From Proteromonas lacertae (Eukaryota), in the NCBI GenBank assembly GCA_002245135.1, contig NGBS01001160.1, positions 186,001 to 250,000 of the forward strand: a DNA stretch of 64,000 nt, given 5' to 3'. The position numbers and the translations under genes are program-made. The notes under the pieces were generated by a model, which was not told where the DNA came from, made no database searches, and worked only from the letters and a program-made list of their open reading frames with translations. Shown here one piece after another: positions 25,901-41,348 of this stretch. Numbering within the stretch: the first letter of the stretch is position 1; each line of letters opens with the position of its first letter.

Positions 25901-28900
25901 TTCTACCACCACTTGGATGTACCATAGCTGCTAAATAAATCAAATCTTCACATACCTTTGAAATCACCTCTCTTATCTTTATCTAAGAAACAGAAACCAC
26001 TTTCTTGTACTAATTGTCTTACAATTTCTAAGGTTGGTTGATCATTCCATAAGTTGACTTCTGGTTGTGACATATCATCAATGAAGATACACATTCTCTT
26101 ACCATTTGGAGGACCGAAAATTCTTACCACCTCTCTTTTCAAGATCAGTTTCAATACCACTCTGGAACATACCCATAGTAGTAGCAAATGAGAAGTTCAT
26201 ATGCTTGAATATGAATTGATCTTTATCTAATTCTTCATTAAACATCAATGCAGTGGATGTCTTTGCAGTACCAGGACCACCAATCAATAATACTGGGAAT
26301 TTATTAAGACATAATTGTTCAATCAAATATAATGAACGGACTGAATCCATAGTAGGTACTAATAAACTTGAGAATTTCAATGTTTCAGTTTCTGGGTAAA
26401 TCCATTCTGTAGCTTTCCATTGTACCCAATCTAATATCTTTAAATCAACATAATATTCATAAACAGTAAATTCATCAGATGCTGGTGGTAATAAAGATGC
26501 ATCTCCAGCTAATTCTCTAATATATTTATCTAATTTAACTCTATCTTCTGGTTCTAATAAACCACCCAATGTCCATGTGAAACAATAAATGAATAATTTT
26601 GTTAATTGTACTATTCTATTAGCTTCATCATTTGCATCTAATTGACATTGATCTAATAACACACCTAATAAGTTCAAACAACCTGCAATTTGACCAGCTC
26701 TTGGATTATCAATCACTGGATGAGTTTCATTGAATAACCAATCGAATATATGACCTGGAGTCTTATTAGCTTCTGGAACACCAACATATTTGAAGAATAA
26801 ATCAGTAATAATCTTCTGTACATTTTCATTTCTCTTTAATACCCATGCTTGCATGATTGGAACCCAATCCAAATCTGTTTCTGATACATAAATAATACCA
26901 GCTCTACTAACAGTAGCAGGTGATGCATTGACTAATGTCTCATTCTCAAACATGATCTTCACATTATCAGTCATAGGAATACGATCATTATTGGCTAATG
27001 TCAAAATCTTATTATCATCCAACACAGTATTCAAATTCTCAATCCAAATAGCATCTACTGGTCCATCTAATATCAACCATGTATTGAATTTATTAGCTCT
27101 TGTATTGTATTTAGCCCACATAGCTGCAAATACACCAGTAATCCATTCATCACTTGCCAAATCAGTTTCACCAAACATTTCTTCAGCTGTAATAGCTTTA
27201 GGATTCATTCTTGCTTGTTTATAAGGTGTACCTGTTGACATTGTCAAAGCTTCTCTTAATACATCACTACAAGTTGTTTTACCACCTCCAGCTGGACCTA
27301 CCAACATAATACCATGACGCACATAAGTTGTATCACATAATTGAATGACTTTAGTGATCCAACTTGGATGATAGATTAATCCTCTCTTTTCTACTACTTC
27401 TTTAACAGCAGCTTTAACATCTTCATTTGTTGCTGCACCTTTACTAGCATCTACACTTGGGAACAAATCCTCTAATAAGGAAATGAATAATGGAACATCT
27501 TGTGCAATTAATTTTGATAAGTTCATATCTCTTAAAGCTTGGAACAATAAATCTTCTTCTGGTTTATCAATATTATTACGTTTAATTGAACCAGCTGTTC
27601 TTAACACAGATAAGATATTTCTTAAACCAAAGTCATAATGTCTTTGTTTTGATAATTGTTGTTCACACAATATATATAATGTATAGAACTTCTTAGCTAA
27701 TAATGGGAACTTTGAGAAACCAACGGAACAAAGTTTTACACCAATAATAATCTGTTTATCAGGTACCATCATAGTGACACCTCTAAATAATGCTTTTAAG
27801 TTCTCAGGTAATTCTTGTCTACCAGCATAACCTGGATTCATAGTAATGAAATAACCACATACTGGATTTAATGTAATAATTTGTGGATCACCAGGGAAGG
27901 ATAATGTCTTTGCCTTTAATTTCTTAGCATTGTTAATAGCCAATACTTGTTGTGCAACGACAGACAACACAGGTAAGTTAATTCTATTAAACTCATCGAA
28001 ACAACCCCATAAACCAGATTGACATAGACCTTTGAATAACTTACCACAATCAGTATATCTCATCTGATCAGTACAGTTAGTAACAACAACATAAATACCT
28101 AATGATCTACCTAAATCTTTCACTGTTTCAGTCTTACCAGTACCAGCTGGACCTGCTGGAGCACCACCATAGAACATACCCATAGCTTGAGCTAATGTAA
28201 TATAACATCTATCAGTTAATGGTGTAATGACCAATCTTTCTTTTACACCTAAATATTCATGTTGATATTGGAAATCTACATCAGTAATGGAGATAACACA
28301 AGTACCTGGTGTATTCATATGATCAATTAAATCATATCTCCAATAGAATCGAGCTTGTTTTAACCATTCGAAATCATTAGCATCTCTAATACGTTTATTA
28401 CGGTATAATGTAGCTAAGTTATTCATAACATCCTTCTGATGGACTTGAATGGTAATTAATGTCTCAATCTTTGTACGATTCATCTTAGTCTTTAAATCTT
28501 GAAGACACCAACTTGATAAAGCTTGTAATACACATGCACCTTTCTTATTAGCTTCTGGTACAGCTTTCTTATTGATTTTACATTGCATAAAGGCTTCTTG
28601 ACAATCACTTGTCCATAATAACTGAATACCTAATAAGGCAAATTGAGCTGGACAATTATCAACAAATGCTCTTAATTGGTTATTGAATGGACTTCCAGCA
28701 TCACCACTGATTTCTTTAACATCTTTAATATAAGTTAATTGTTGAGCTGTTCTTGCACAAATATCTTTCATTGTCATTTTTTGTTCTTCTTGTAATACCA
28801 ATAACCATTCTTCAATATTACCTTGACATTTCACTTGTTTTCTAAGTGTAATATATTCCATATCATCACCCATATGACATTCAATACCTCTAATTAAGGA

Positions 28901-31900
28901 TGGATCTTCTTCATTATGTTTAACTTTATGGATTGAATCGAATATGTTTTCATAATATGGTTGAATTTGTTGTGGATCTGAACCTTTAGATAAGATTTGT
29001 AATAATGCAGGATTTGATACGAAATAGAATCTTGGGAATTTGGATCTCTTGTTTTCTAAATAACCTTCTAATCTCTTTTGACATTCTTCTAATTCACTAT
29101 ACATAACAGGTAAACTGGTCTTTAACAATTCATTACTACAAGCTTCAACTACTTTCTTTGTTTCTTCAGCTTTTGCCATTAATTTTACGAAATCTTTATC
29201 TACTTTACCAAATCTTTTAGCTGCATCAGGCATTTGTTTAGCAATATCACCACCAGTGAACACACTTTCTAATGAACACCATAATGTTTGTACTTTCAAC
29301 CATCTTTCTAATGTATCAGATGTTTCTGATAATTGTGTTAATTTACCTTGAACTTCTTCTCTGAATGGAAGACAGTGCTTTTGTGCTAATAATGTCTGTA
29401 ATTGCATTTGAGCTTCTTCTAATTCTTCAATAATTGGAACTACACCACGAAGAATATTAACACTTCTACCTTTCCATTCACCAAATTCAAATTCATATTG
29501 ATTCCATACATCTTTAATTTCAGCTAATTTATTCTCAATAGACATTTGTTTCTTAGCACCTTCACAGATTTCTTCTATTGCTTCAGCATGTTTATCTAAA
29601 CCAGCATCTAATAATACCTTTAATCTGAACTCTTCAGGATCTAATGAGAAATTAGTTTCAGTTTCTTTCATTACTTCAGCCCAATGTCTTGGTCTAATTG
29701 ATTCATGTGTTAAAGCTTCTAACAATGGTAGAATTGTAACGAAACTCTCAATAATACCACGCAATTCATTATAAGCATCCCACTCTCTCAATGATTTAGG
29801 CATACGTTTACATTCTTTAACAAAGAAATCAACTTTTCTAGACATTTCTGGGAAACTAGCCAACACATCAACCCAAAGAATATCTCTCCATTCTTCATTG
29901 ATTGTTTTAATAACACTCATGTACAATCCGTACAATTTATCTAAGTTAGCTATTTCATTCTTTGTCTTTTCTAATTCTGGATATTGAGTTTCATGCAAAT
30001 TGAACAATTGTTCACCACCATGATATGTTTCATATTTTCTCCATCTAATTTCAAATTCTTCTTTGTATTTTCTTAATCTGATAACAGCTTCCATTGGTGC
30101 TAAACCTTTTACCATTGGACCATTAGCTTCATAATCTTTTCTGAATTCAATCACATCTTGTGTAAATACTTTAATATCCAATAATAATTGTTTCTTAAAT
30201 CCAACTTGTAATTTATTCAATTTATCATTAATTTGTCCAGCTAATTCTACTAATTTTCTCCAATTAGATCTTAATACAGATCTTAAATCCATTTCTTCTT
30301 TACTCATTACACCTTGTGGTAAATATCTCTCTAATACAGCATACATATCTAATATTGGTGTAATTTCCATATCAATTCCAGATTCTTTCTCTCTTACTTC
30401 CTTTAATGTATCAATAGCGAATCTTAAGCTTTCTAAATCTTCAACATCTCTGTTTAATTTGTTAGTTGTAGCTCTCATGTATTCTACTAATACATCCATC
30501 TTCTCTTTAGCTTCATCGTGTAAATGAGTTGAATATTTAACTCTCCATTCTGAACATTCATGTTTCAATTGAATCTTTAAGTTTTGAGTGTTTAATCTTA
30601 ATGCACCGATATTGAAACAGGTTGGGATTTTATCAATATCTTCTTCTACTAATACGAATTTCTTTAATTCAGTTTCAAAGTCTTCTAATTGTGGTTTTTT
30701 AGCAATGAATTTTTCATAAGCAACATCTTTACCTTCTTTCCATAACCAATCATACATTGCAAATTGTTTTAAACATTCATTGACTTGATTCTTCAAACCT
30801 TGAATACTACCAGTTAAACCTAATATAACTCTAACAACTTCAATATCTTTAGTAATTCTACTGAAGAATGTAACTTTATCACTTTCTGATATATCTTTTT
30901 GTCCCCAGATGAACAATTGTGAAGTGCACTTCAATACAGCTTGAGATGCTTTGTTAATAGCTCTTTGAATATCACTTAAACTTGGACTTAATTGAACAGT
31001 TGGTACAGCTAATTGAATATCAACTTCAAAGAATGGATGTGGTTCAATGAATGTATTAGCAAATACACCTTCTTGATTAGCTAATCTATTACCAACTCTC
31101 TTCTTAAATACATTCAATGAGTTTCTTGTTGCATTTAATATAGCTTGATACATGTAGTTAGTATAATATCTTCTTAATTCATCTACTGCATCTTGATCTA
31201 CTGGTTCAATATGTGGATCTAATGGATAGGTTGTGATTAAACCTAATAAATCTTCAACTGCATCTTCAATTTCTATATTCTTACTCATTAATGTTTGTAC
31301 TTTTTCTAATGTCATCTTTTCTTGAGCATCAACGAATTCATCTAAAGCAAACGATTTTTCATTTGGTAAATCAACTAATATTGTTCTTGTAACAATCTTT
31401 AAATTCTTTTCAATACGATTTTCTACTATATCATTGATATGTGTAATTAATTCATCTAATTTCTGTAATCCTTGTTGTACATGATGTTTATATGCATCTA
31501 TATTCATTGATGTCCATGTTAATGTAACCATACCAGGTCTTAACTTATAATCAATATCAGCAATATGAGATTTCAATAATGGAGCTGTGATTGGTATAAT
31601 TCTACTAATCTTCTTTTCATATTCTTTCAATGCATAAGTTAAATCAGTGTAATAACTCTTAAACTTCTCTTCTTGTAATAAGACAATCTTGGCACTTTCT
31701 GGTATTTCTATTCCCATTCTATCTAAACACTTTGCTTCACGAATTAATTGTAATATTTCATGGTCAAAGTTGACATATAACTTGTTATCATCTGGATGTC
31801 TGATAATTAAAGTGGCTTGTAAACCAGTCTTGGCAGAATCAATACTTTGTACCCAAGCTTTATACCATAGATATTCAAAGGCAACTAATGTTCTAGCAAC

Positions 31901-33793
31901 TTTATTATATGTTTTAACAATCTTTTTTGCTTCTTTTGTACTTAATACACTCTTGTTAGTTTCAAATCTTTTCATTGGTTCTTCTATTCTCTTTAATAAG
32001 TGTCTAGACCATGTAATATTACCTGCAACTGGTGGTAAATTACGTGGAATTGGTGGAGCACCTTTGTATTTCTCATATAGTGCTTGAACTGCTTCTAATT
32101 CTTGACCATATTTCATGAATATAATATGGAATTTACTTTCTAAATCATTCTTTAAACCATCACGCTGTAAGATTGATTGGAATTTCTTTAATAAATTCAA
32201 TGCATTGGTTATACTACCAACTGATTCGAAACTTTCATTAATGAATATTTGTAGTTTACCTTCTAATTCAGAGATCTTTACATTGAATTCTACGAAATCT
32301 CTATCGAAATTAACAGCAGTATAATCTAATAATAAATGTCTTTTACTTTCAAATTCTGTTTTGATTTTCTTAAAGTCTTCAATAATTGTTTCCATTCCTT
32401 CTAATTTATGTTCAGCTAAAGCAGTGAATTGTTGAATGGTTAAGAATAAATCAATTAACTTCAATAATCTTCTACAGAATTGATCAAATTTGCCAAAGAT
32501 CTGAGGTTCACTAAAATCGAATTGTTTTCCTTTTGGCATCGTTAATAATTTATCTTTAGTTAATCTGTATTGCTCTTGATAAGCGGCATTTAATCTAATA
32601 CACGATTCCATCTTATCTATTAACTCACAAGGTGGCATTTCCCATAATTCATCTTGTGAATTCATTCCTAATATTGATTTCTTACATATTACAATCATTT
32701 GATTGGTTATTTTTACGAATAACTTGGTCATTCTTTCAGTTGTATTGTAATATCTTGCTATTGTGTGTATCATCTTAATACTGTTCATTAATGCAGGTAA
32801 TGTATCAATCAATGTAGCTGGAGTTCCAGTGTATAATGGCTCAATGAATTTCTCTAATGTAAACAAGTATTTAACATTATCTTTAGCTTCATTAACAGCT
32901 TCAGTCACATTAATATCAGTCTGTTTCCATCTTCTTAATACTGGATTGTATGTTTGAGCAACTTCTTCAGTTGATGACCTTGCAATTTGTGTAATTGTAC
33001 TAACAACATGTTTTACATCTTTACTCTTCAATTGTTCAGCTACACTGGTTAATCTTTGCAGTCTTCTTCTCCAATATTCATACTCTGTCTTTGGACCAAC
33101 ATCTGAATTAGTATCTAATGTGTCATCTTCTTTATCTTCTTCTAAATATTTGCTAATTTGAGTACACCATTGATTCATTAATGCTTGGAAATGAGTTAAC
33201 ATCTGTTCATCATTCATTTTGATCTTGTTCACCTCTGGATCATATTTTCTATCCATTTGTGACAATTCTAATCCACCTACTACATCTTTTAAGGCTTCTC
33301 TCATATCAGCTGTGAATTTATCCATGTCTTGAATGAATTCTGTACCTCTTTCATTACCTGCTTTACCCCATTGTTGATTAGTGACTAAACTTTCTCTGAA
33401 GAACTTAGATAAGAGAGTTTCTAAACTTCTCAAGGGGTTTTCACTAATCATACCGAATAAGAGTGTATTGTCACAACTCTTGGTTACATCTATTGGTGTA
33501 TCATCTGCTACAGTTCTTAAGAAGTAAATAGCTGGTCTTGTTAAACGAACATCTTCTCCTGATGTGAGTAACAACTCATTCTCTTCACCATATCCTCTTA
33601 CCTCACCTTCGCTATTGAGTATTTCTGCTGGTTGGTAATAGATGTACATGACTTTTATGCTTTCTCCTTTTAAAAAGTCATTCAATCTTGGCCAGTTTTC
33701 TTCTTTTTTAAGGAACTTTTCTGTATCTGTCATACTAACACCAAATGCTTCAGTGACATGACTAATCATCCATCTATGTCTTGGTTGAAACAT
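19937..33793 (-). CDS. Axonemal outer-arm dynein heavy chain (gamma / DNAH5-DNAH8 type), intronless, with five single-base frameshifts as assembled
   Basis: Four P-loops GPAGTGKT, GPAGGGKT, GGPGTAKT, GVGGSGKQ; CFDEFNRI; FITMNPGYAGRQELPENLK; C-terminal HWTLRGVALLC. Six ORFs join by 1-nt indels near 26117, 25957, 23913, 23575 and 21881. Confidence 0.95.
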
Positions 33794-34056
33794 TTTTTAA
33801 TCTATAAATATATTATTAGAATGAGTTTTATCAGATGAAGAATAAAAGTAGAAAAAATCGCATTTAATGCAAGCCAAGGGGATATAGTTTAATATATACA
33901 TAATATCTTTACAATAAAATCGATATAAAACACTAAAAAAGATAATAATTTCAAATCAAAAACGGTTTTCGTTTCAAAGTTTTTGGCCAATTAAAAGCCA
34001 CTTTTATTTCAAATTATAAAACTAATTTTTTTGAATTTCATAAGGAATTTGAAGAA
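33794..34056. promoter_or_regulatory. Bidirectional promoter between dynein HC and IFT52
   Basis: 263 nt between divergent ATGs; contains CAAGCCAAG (33870-33878), AAAAACGGTTTT (33958-33969) and GGCCAAT (about 33985). Confidence 0.6.
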
Positions 34057-35496
34057 ATGGATGTTAGAGAAAAACAAAAGAAGGCAGCTGCTAAAGGTAA
34101 GGTTATAAAAATAAGAATTGATTTTGGTAAGAAGGAAGATAACTGTCCCTTCATAACATATGATTATAAACGTATGCCAAGACGATTAAAAGGAAAATAT
34201 GATGTAGCATTCTATAAAGAACCATTGAATGAGAGTATAAATCGTTCGTTGTTTATTTTTTAATTAGTTTTAACACCTGATGTGTCTCTATTTATTTATA
34301 TCAATCCATTACAACAATTAACACAAGAAGAATTCAAAGCAATAAATCAATTCATAGAAAATGGAGGTTCCTTGTTAGTTTTATCAACAGAAGGATGTCA
34401 AGAGGAAAGGCCATCAAATCTGTATGGATTTTTGAAAAGGTTTGGTATAACTGTCAATAATGATGCTGTTGTAAGAACAGTGTATTACAAATACTTACAT
34501 CCAAAAGAAGTATTTGTGGCTAATGGACTGGTATTCCAAGCATTTGCTAAAGATATCAAGAGAAAGAAAAATACAAATAGTAAAGTAGTCGATGAAGATG
34601 ATGATGATTCAGATGAAGAAAATATTGACCAACATTTCGATAAAAGTGGTTTAACAATAGTATACCCATATGGTGCAACATTAACAGTAAAAAAGAATGT
34701 AATTCCAATATTATCATCTGGTTATATATCCTACCCAATAAATGTTCCAGTAGTTGCAGTTCATGAGTTAGTAGGTCAAGATGGTAAATACGGTAGAATA
34801 TGCGTAATAGGAAGTCATGCAATATTTTCTGATGATTGGATAGGTAAAGAAGAGAATGAATTCTTTGAAGATTATTTATTAAACTTATTAACATCACAAG
34901 AAAGTATAAGATCCATCATTTCTAAAGATCATAATCCAGATATGTCTGATTATCAAGTTGTACCTGATATAACTCATTTAGCTGAAAGATTAAAGAGTTG
35001 TTTACAAGAAAGTGATCATATTCCTCGAGATTTCACACAATTATTCGATACAAACTCATTTGAGTTTAGTTCCTCTTTAATACCTGAAGCTATTGCGTTA
35101 TATGATAATTTAGAAGTAAAACATGAACCACTATCACTAATTCCACCACAATTTGAATGTCCGTTACCTCCTTTAAATCCAGCTGTATTTCCTCCAATAT
35201 TAAGAGAGTTACCACCACCAGAATTAGATCAATATGATTTAGATGAACAATTCGCTAGCACAGAGAAGAGATTAGCCCAATTAACAAATAAATGTACTGA
35301 CGATGATTTAGACTATTATATTCGTGAATGTGGTAAGATATTGGATGTTCCTAATGATTTCTTAAAGAAAAGTTCACATTCTGTTCTTGGATATATCTTC
35401 CAAAGATTGGTACATTGGAAGAAATTTAACCAAGAACCTATCCCAAGTGCTGGATATAGTCCTGTTGACCCAGCAGAGGCTAAAGCCATGTATTAA
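34057..35496 (+). CDS. IFT52: Intraflagellar transport protein 52
   Basis: Motifs GITVNNDAVVRTVYYKYLHPKE, VYPYGATL, LKSCLQE, LEVKHEPLSLIPPQFECPLPPLNPAVFPP, LDEQFAS, RLAQLTNKC; intron 34235-34267. Confidence 0.95.
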
Positions 35497-35639
35497 AAAA
35501 TGAGTATATCATTACTATAATAGATTAATATTAATTTTTATTATTGTTGATGTTTTTTTTATTTTTTTTATTTTATTCTACCAGCAATACAATGTATAAA
35601 AAGGATAAACATCTAAAATATAATCTAATTTTGCTATTT

Positions 35640-37199
35640 TTACCTGATATGTTGATAATCAAAATTAACACTTGAATTTAGTTTCTTAAAGCATGATTCT
35701 CCATTAGCTGTTATTAGATTCCTTGAGAATAATAGTTGCTTTAATTGTGGAAGTAAATTTAAATTAGTTGATAATAGTATCGCTGAATTATCATCTAAAA
35801 GATTTGCTCTTAAATCCAATATTTCTAACTCTGTAATATCACTAAAATGATTACACAAATTGAATAAACTATAATGAGTGATACGATTACCATTTAAATA
35901 TAATTCTTTCAACCGTTTCATCTTAGATAATACATTTGAAAGCGTATAAAGTCCTTGCTCTGACAATCCAGTATCTAATAAACGATAATATATAATAATA
36001 ATTATTATTATTAATATACATGACATATTGAGTATTCTTAATCTACTGTTATTAAAATGTGAATTAAATATATCTGAAACACCATTTTTATCTAATTCAT
36101 TTCCTTTTAAATTAAGTTCTGTTAGTGTTGATATTGATAATATATTATATTGAATATGATTGACATTAAATTGACTGGTTTGATTGAGTTGATAACTATT
36201 TTCATATATATGATTATGACTTAAATTAAGAATATTTAAATTACCGTAAACATGATAATAGATAGAAAGAGGTTTAATACTCATTTCAGATAAATAATTT
36301 TCTAATAATAATGTATATAAAACATTCATATAAGAATACTACTTAATGACAATTCATTCAATTCAGGTATTGATGATAAATTACATATTATATCTCTCAA
36401 ATCAGTATCTGACACATTATCTTCATCCAGTTTTAAACATGATAAGCGAGGTATTTTGTAAAAATTCTTTGCTAATAATTTAATACATATTCCACCTAGT
36501 GAATTACCTGATAGTGACAATGATTGCAGATTTGAAAAGTATTCTATATTCTTTAGTAAATGATTCATTCCTTTTTCCCCAAAGTCTCTTATTGTTATTG
36601 ATAATTGTATTAATGAAGTTAAATTGTAGTATTTGCTCATCAGATATTTTATTCCATTATGTGTAAAATTCTCATCTATTAATAACATATAAAACTATAA
36701 AATACTGATGAATGAAAGTGAATTCATCTGAGGTATAAACTTCATTGAATAGGACATAATTAAAATATGATTATCATCTAATATACAGTGTAAAAATGAC
36801 AAATTCTTGAGATGAACAGTACTCTTGAATGAATCAGTGAATAGAATAAATTCATTTGTTTGAAAAACATGATCTACAGGCAATAATATATTTCTTATAC
36901 TACTTATTGATATTGTCACTAAATTGGTCAAATATGATAAACTACTACATATTATTTCAATCTGAGGCAATGATTTTCTCACTATTATTTAAAATACTTA
37001 GAATACCTGGAAATAGTAATTCACCAGTCTCAATAGCATTGAATAATGGTAAATACATTCTTAAACATTGATTTGATGAGAAAAATAACTGAATTAATGT
37101 TCTGGATGTTTTCTCATAACAATAATAAGAAAATATGATAGAGAACAACTCTTTTGATTGATTTTCTTTAAAATTTTGAAGTGAATTATCTATATCCAT
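35640..37199 (-). CDS. Ribonuclease-inhibitor-like leucine-rich repeat protein
   Basis: Repeated LxxLxLxxN (LQSLSLSGNSLG, LTELNLKGNELD, LKELYLNGNRIT, LEILDLRANLLDD). Introns about 36982-37006, 36874-36900, 36676-36705, 36302-36339, 35975-36019. Confidence 0.85.
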
Positions 37200-37320
37200 T
37201 CAAAAAACACCTCAAAATAAAAAGTGTATTTAAGTGTATTTCACAAAAATCATTATTCAACTGGATATAAACCATAAAAACATATGTGATAATATAATAA
37301 ACTATATAACATTAATAAAT

Positions 37321-38012
37321 TTAATCGTATCTCCAAGTATTATTCATAATCATATGGAATTTCACTTTCACTGGATCTTGGAATTTTTCATGTGTTTCTG
37401 TGTTCCATCTTGCTCTGTCCATTTCCCAGGAAGGAATATATGCTGTTAATGGATTAGCTAAAGCAAAACCTTTCTTAGCAATGTGTCTTAAAGAAAGAGG
37501 TGGATGACGCCATGGTCTAGGCCAACGTTCTTCATTGAATCTATCCATTGTATCAATTGGTCGAGCATCTTTCTTTGTTTTGTGTAATGATTTTATTGTT
37601 GATCCACAAGATTTACATACACTAAGAGGAGTATCTACACGATCATAATCTGTTCCTGGAGCAAAAGTGGTTGATCTTATTGGAGAAGTAATTGTGGGTT
37701 GACGTGGTCCTAAACTTGGTCCGTGATGTTCAAAAGATTGGGAATATGCAGCACTAGCACCAGCATTAGCTAAAGTACCAGTTGGTGTGCTTTTTGGACG
37801 ATTTGGACTTCTTACTTCACTTTGATATGTTCCACTCATTTTTTCAAATTGTTCTATCTTTACTGGAGATGTTGGTGGAAGTGTGTCAACTAAATCTGTC
37901 ATAAATCCACTTCTTTGGCAAAATCTATTAAAAATTAACGATATCATGTATACGATTTCTGATATTCAGTAACCATATAATCTGGTGGTTTTATATTAGG
38001 TAGAATTGACAT
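37321..38012 (-). CDS. Hypothetical Pro/Ser/Thr-rich protein, possibly a ciliary microtubule-inner protein
   Basis: ATG 38012 and intron 37925-37953 join MSILPNIKPPDYMVTEYQKS to FCQRSG. Short T/S-x-Y/T-x3-F motifs (TEYQKSF, AAYSQSF, TETHEKF). Confidence 0.65.
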
Positions 38013-38027
38013 TTTTTATTTACTGCT

Positions 38028-38039
38028 AAAACGGTTTTT
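38028..38039. promoter_or_regulatory. AAAACGGTTT upstream motif
   Basis: AAAACGGTTTTT 16 nt upstream of ATG 38012. Confidence 0.5.
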
Positions 38040-38070
38040 ATTTCAAGCCTTCGTTAAATGCTTGATATAA

Positions 38071-38604
38071 TCAATAACGGTCATTTTTTATTTAATTCAA
38101 AGAACAAAAGGATTAATATACATTCACAAGAAAGGAATAATCCATAAAAGCATAAAATCTGAGAATGTGTTAGTTGGAGATAATAAAGAATTACTAATCA
38201 ATGTAGGATTATTTAATAAAAAGGATAATAATCATTGTGAAGACTGTGAATCAAGTGATGTATTATCTGTTGGATGTATCTTATATGAATTATACACATG
38301 TGAAGGAATAAGTGAAAGAATTAAAGAAATATAGATGAAGATATTTTTATTTAAAAGAATAAAAGGTGAAAGAATAAGTGAAATAGAAGAATTAATGAAA
38401 AGAATATTTATTAATAAAGACATAAAACTGAAAGATATTGAAAATGAGATAATAAAACTAACTTCTGTTCCTTTTTCAATAACTGATTTTTATATAAGAA
38501 AAGGATTTGATTATATGGATGATTTTAATGATGGGCATATATATATATTATATAAATATAGAAAAAATATGAATATTCTATATTTAACTATAAAAGTGCA
38601 TTAA
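38071..38604 (+). pseudogene. Degenerate Ser/Thr protein kinase C-lobe fragment
   Basis: ATG-less frame reads YLIQRTKGLIYIHKKGIIHKSIKSENVLV...SSDVLSVGCILYELYT (subdomains VIa/VIb and IX). HRD is HKS, there is no DFG or N-lobe, and there is an in-frame TAG at 38332-38334. Confidence 0.7.
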
Positions 38605-38793
38605 AAAATGCTTCTACAGATGAAGAAAAATATAAATGTTATTTCCAACTAATTTCATGTTATTATAATATTGTATAAGTAATTGAATAACATAGAAGAA
38701 GCAAAGGAAAAGAATGGAATTTTGTGAAGTGAATAGAGTAGTATATATTCTCTTACAAAATAGATAAAAGAATTGTTTATCTAATTATTTTAA

Positions 38794-39889
<1,096 letters not shown>

Positions 39890-40127
39890 TTAGAATCACT
39901 ACAGAATATGAATAGTAAAGATATTATATAAGAAATTCATTCAATTATTTTCTCACTTCCGAATCTGTAACGAGTAGTTTGAGCTTGGCTTGGTATTTTC
40001 GTTTTGTTAATTTTTTTCTCTCTTGTTAACATAGATTCTAGTATAAAATATTTTTATTTTTATTTATAATCTGCTAATAAAACAATACATTAATTAATAT
40101 GACATAGATGACAAATTATGAATTACA

Positions 40128-41319
40128 TTACCACAAATCATTATTCCTCATAGCTCTAATCTTGTTATTTGCATAATCTTGGTTTTTGCCAAACGTTGCA
40201 GTATTAAATGCAGCTTCAGTACATTTCTCAACATTTTCATTATACAACCTATGCTGTTGTGCTTTATATTCATTAATTTGTTTTTCTTCTTCAGGACTAA
40301 CAACTGCTTCACCTGGAGCCATTGGTAATTCTTGTTTCTTTTTCAGTGGTTTTTCAGGATTATAATAACATCTTCTTGGTGGTATATCATGTGATTGTGG
40401 TTGAAGTGGAGGTTGAGGTGGTGGTTGAGGAGCCATATTCAACGGTGATATTTGTTGGTAAATATATCGATTTTTAACTGGAATAGGTTCATTCTATATT
40501 GATATAAATAAATAAATAATATTAATATAAAATACATTTGAAAAATCAATTTCATCATGTTCCATTCCAGGAAATTGCCTCTTTTTTGGGTTTTGATACA
40601 TTTTCTTATTATTATACCACAAATTACCATAATCTGGTGGAACCATCCATGATGTCAACTGTTTTTCACTTATTTCTCCACTTGGATTTGGCGGTTGATT
40701 TATATCGTAATATAATTGAGTTAAATGATCATCTGTAATATTAAATCCCATTTTAAATAGCAATGCTTTCAATTGTGCTATACCTATTGTTGGACTTTGA
40801 AAGGCTACTGACTTCCATAATTCACGAGCTTTATTACTAGACATACTTGTATAGGATTGTCTTAATAATTCACATAAATCGTTATAACTACCTCCAAATG
40901 ATGGAGTTTGAACTTTTGGTAAGTTTATTTGTTGTTTGGCATATCCTGCAAAACATTTACTAAATTGGTCTGCATCAAAATCAGGTGTTGATAAATCATT
41001 AACTATAATTGATAAAAAATAAAACGATAATAGTTATACCAAATGTTCTAAAATCTATCAAACCTTCTGATGTGATATTATACTTTTCTATAAATTTGCT
41101 TAGTAAATCATCATCCACATATAAAAAGAAATAATTCATTAATCTCTTTGTTATCTCTGGTGTCATTGGCTGTGTTCGATTCGATCCATCTGTAAACTTT
41201 TTATAAAGAACATTAAGATTTGCGTATTGAGAAATCTTCTGGGCTAATACTTTTTCTAATTCTTTCACTGATCCATGAAACGTGTCATCTGTTATATACC
41301 CTCTTCTTCTAGAATTCAT
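40128..41319 (-). CDS. Hypothetical protein with two degenerate EF-hand-like pairs and a Pro-rich tail
   Basis: Duplicated unit (...FIEKYNITSEGLIDFRTF / ...QLYYDINQPPNPSGEISEKQL); introns 41003-41039 and 40494-40534 give one open frame. Confidence 0.6.
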
Positions 41320-41348
41320 ATTGTTCTGTAATAATAATTTATAAATTG

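Noticed and set aside
25931..25955. 25-nt GTATGT...TTTAG in dynein that would fix the frame if spliced
   Set aside because: It would delete VCEDLIYL, which precedes the conserved AAA3 AAM motif; a 1-nt insertion at 25957-25959 is simpler.
20610..32957. Many plus-strand ORFs antisense to dynein, and similar ones over other large genes
   Set aside because: Shadow frames produced by codon bias; no recognisable motifs.
19937..33793. Dynein as a true pseudogene
   Set aside because: All P-loops are intact, there are no nonsense substitutions, and the indels sit in homopolymers like those in other genes.
38332..38334. In-frame TAG as evidence of stop-codon reassignment
   Set aside because: TAG terminates intact genes here (FNTB, Hsp70-like, receptor) and long ORFs contain no internal TAG.
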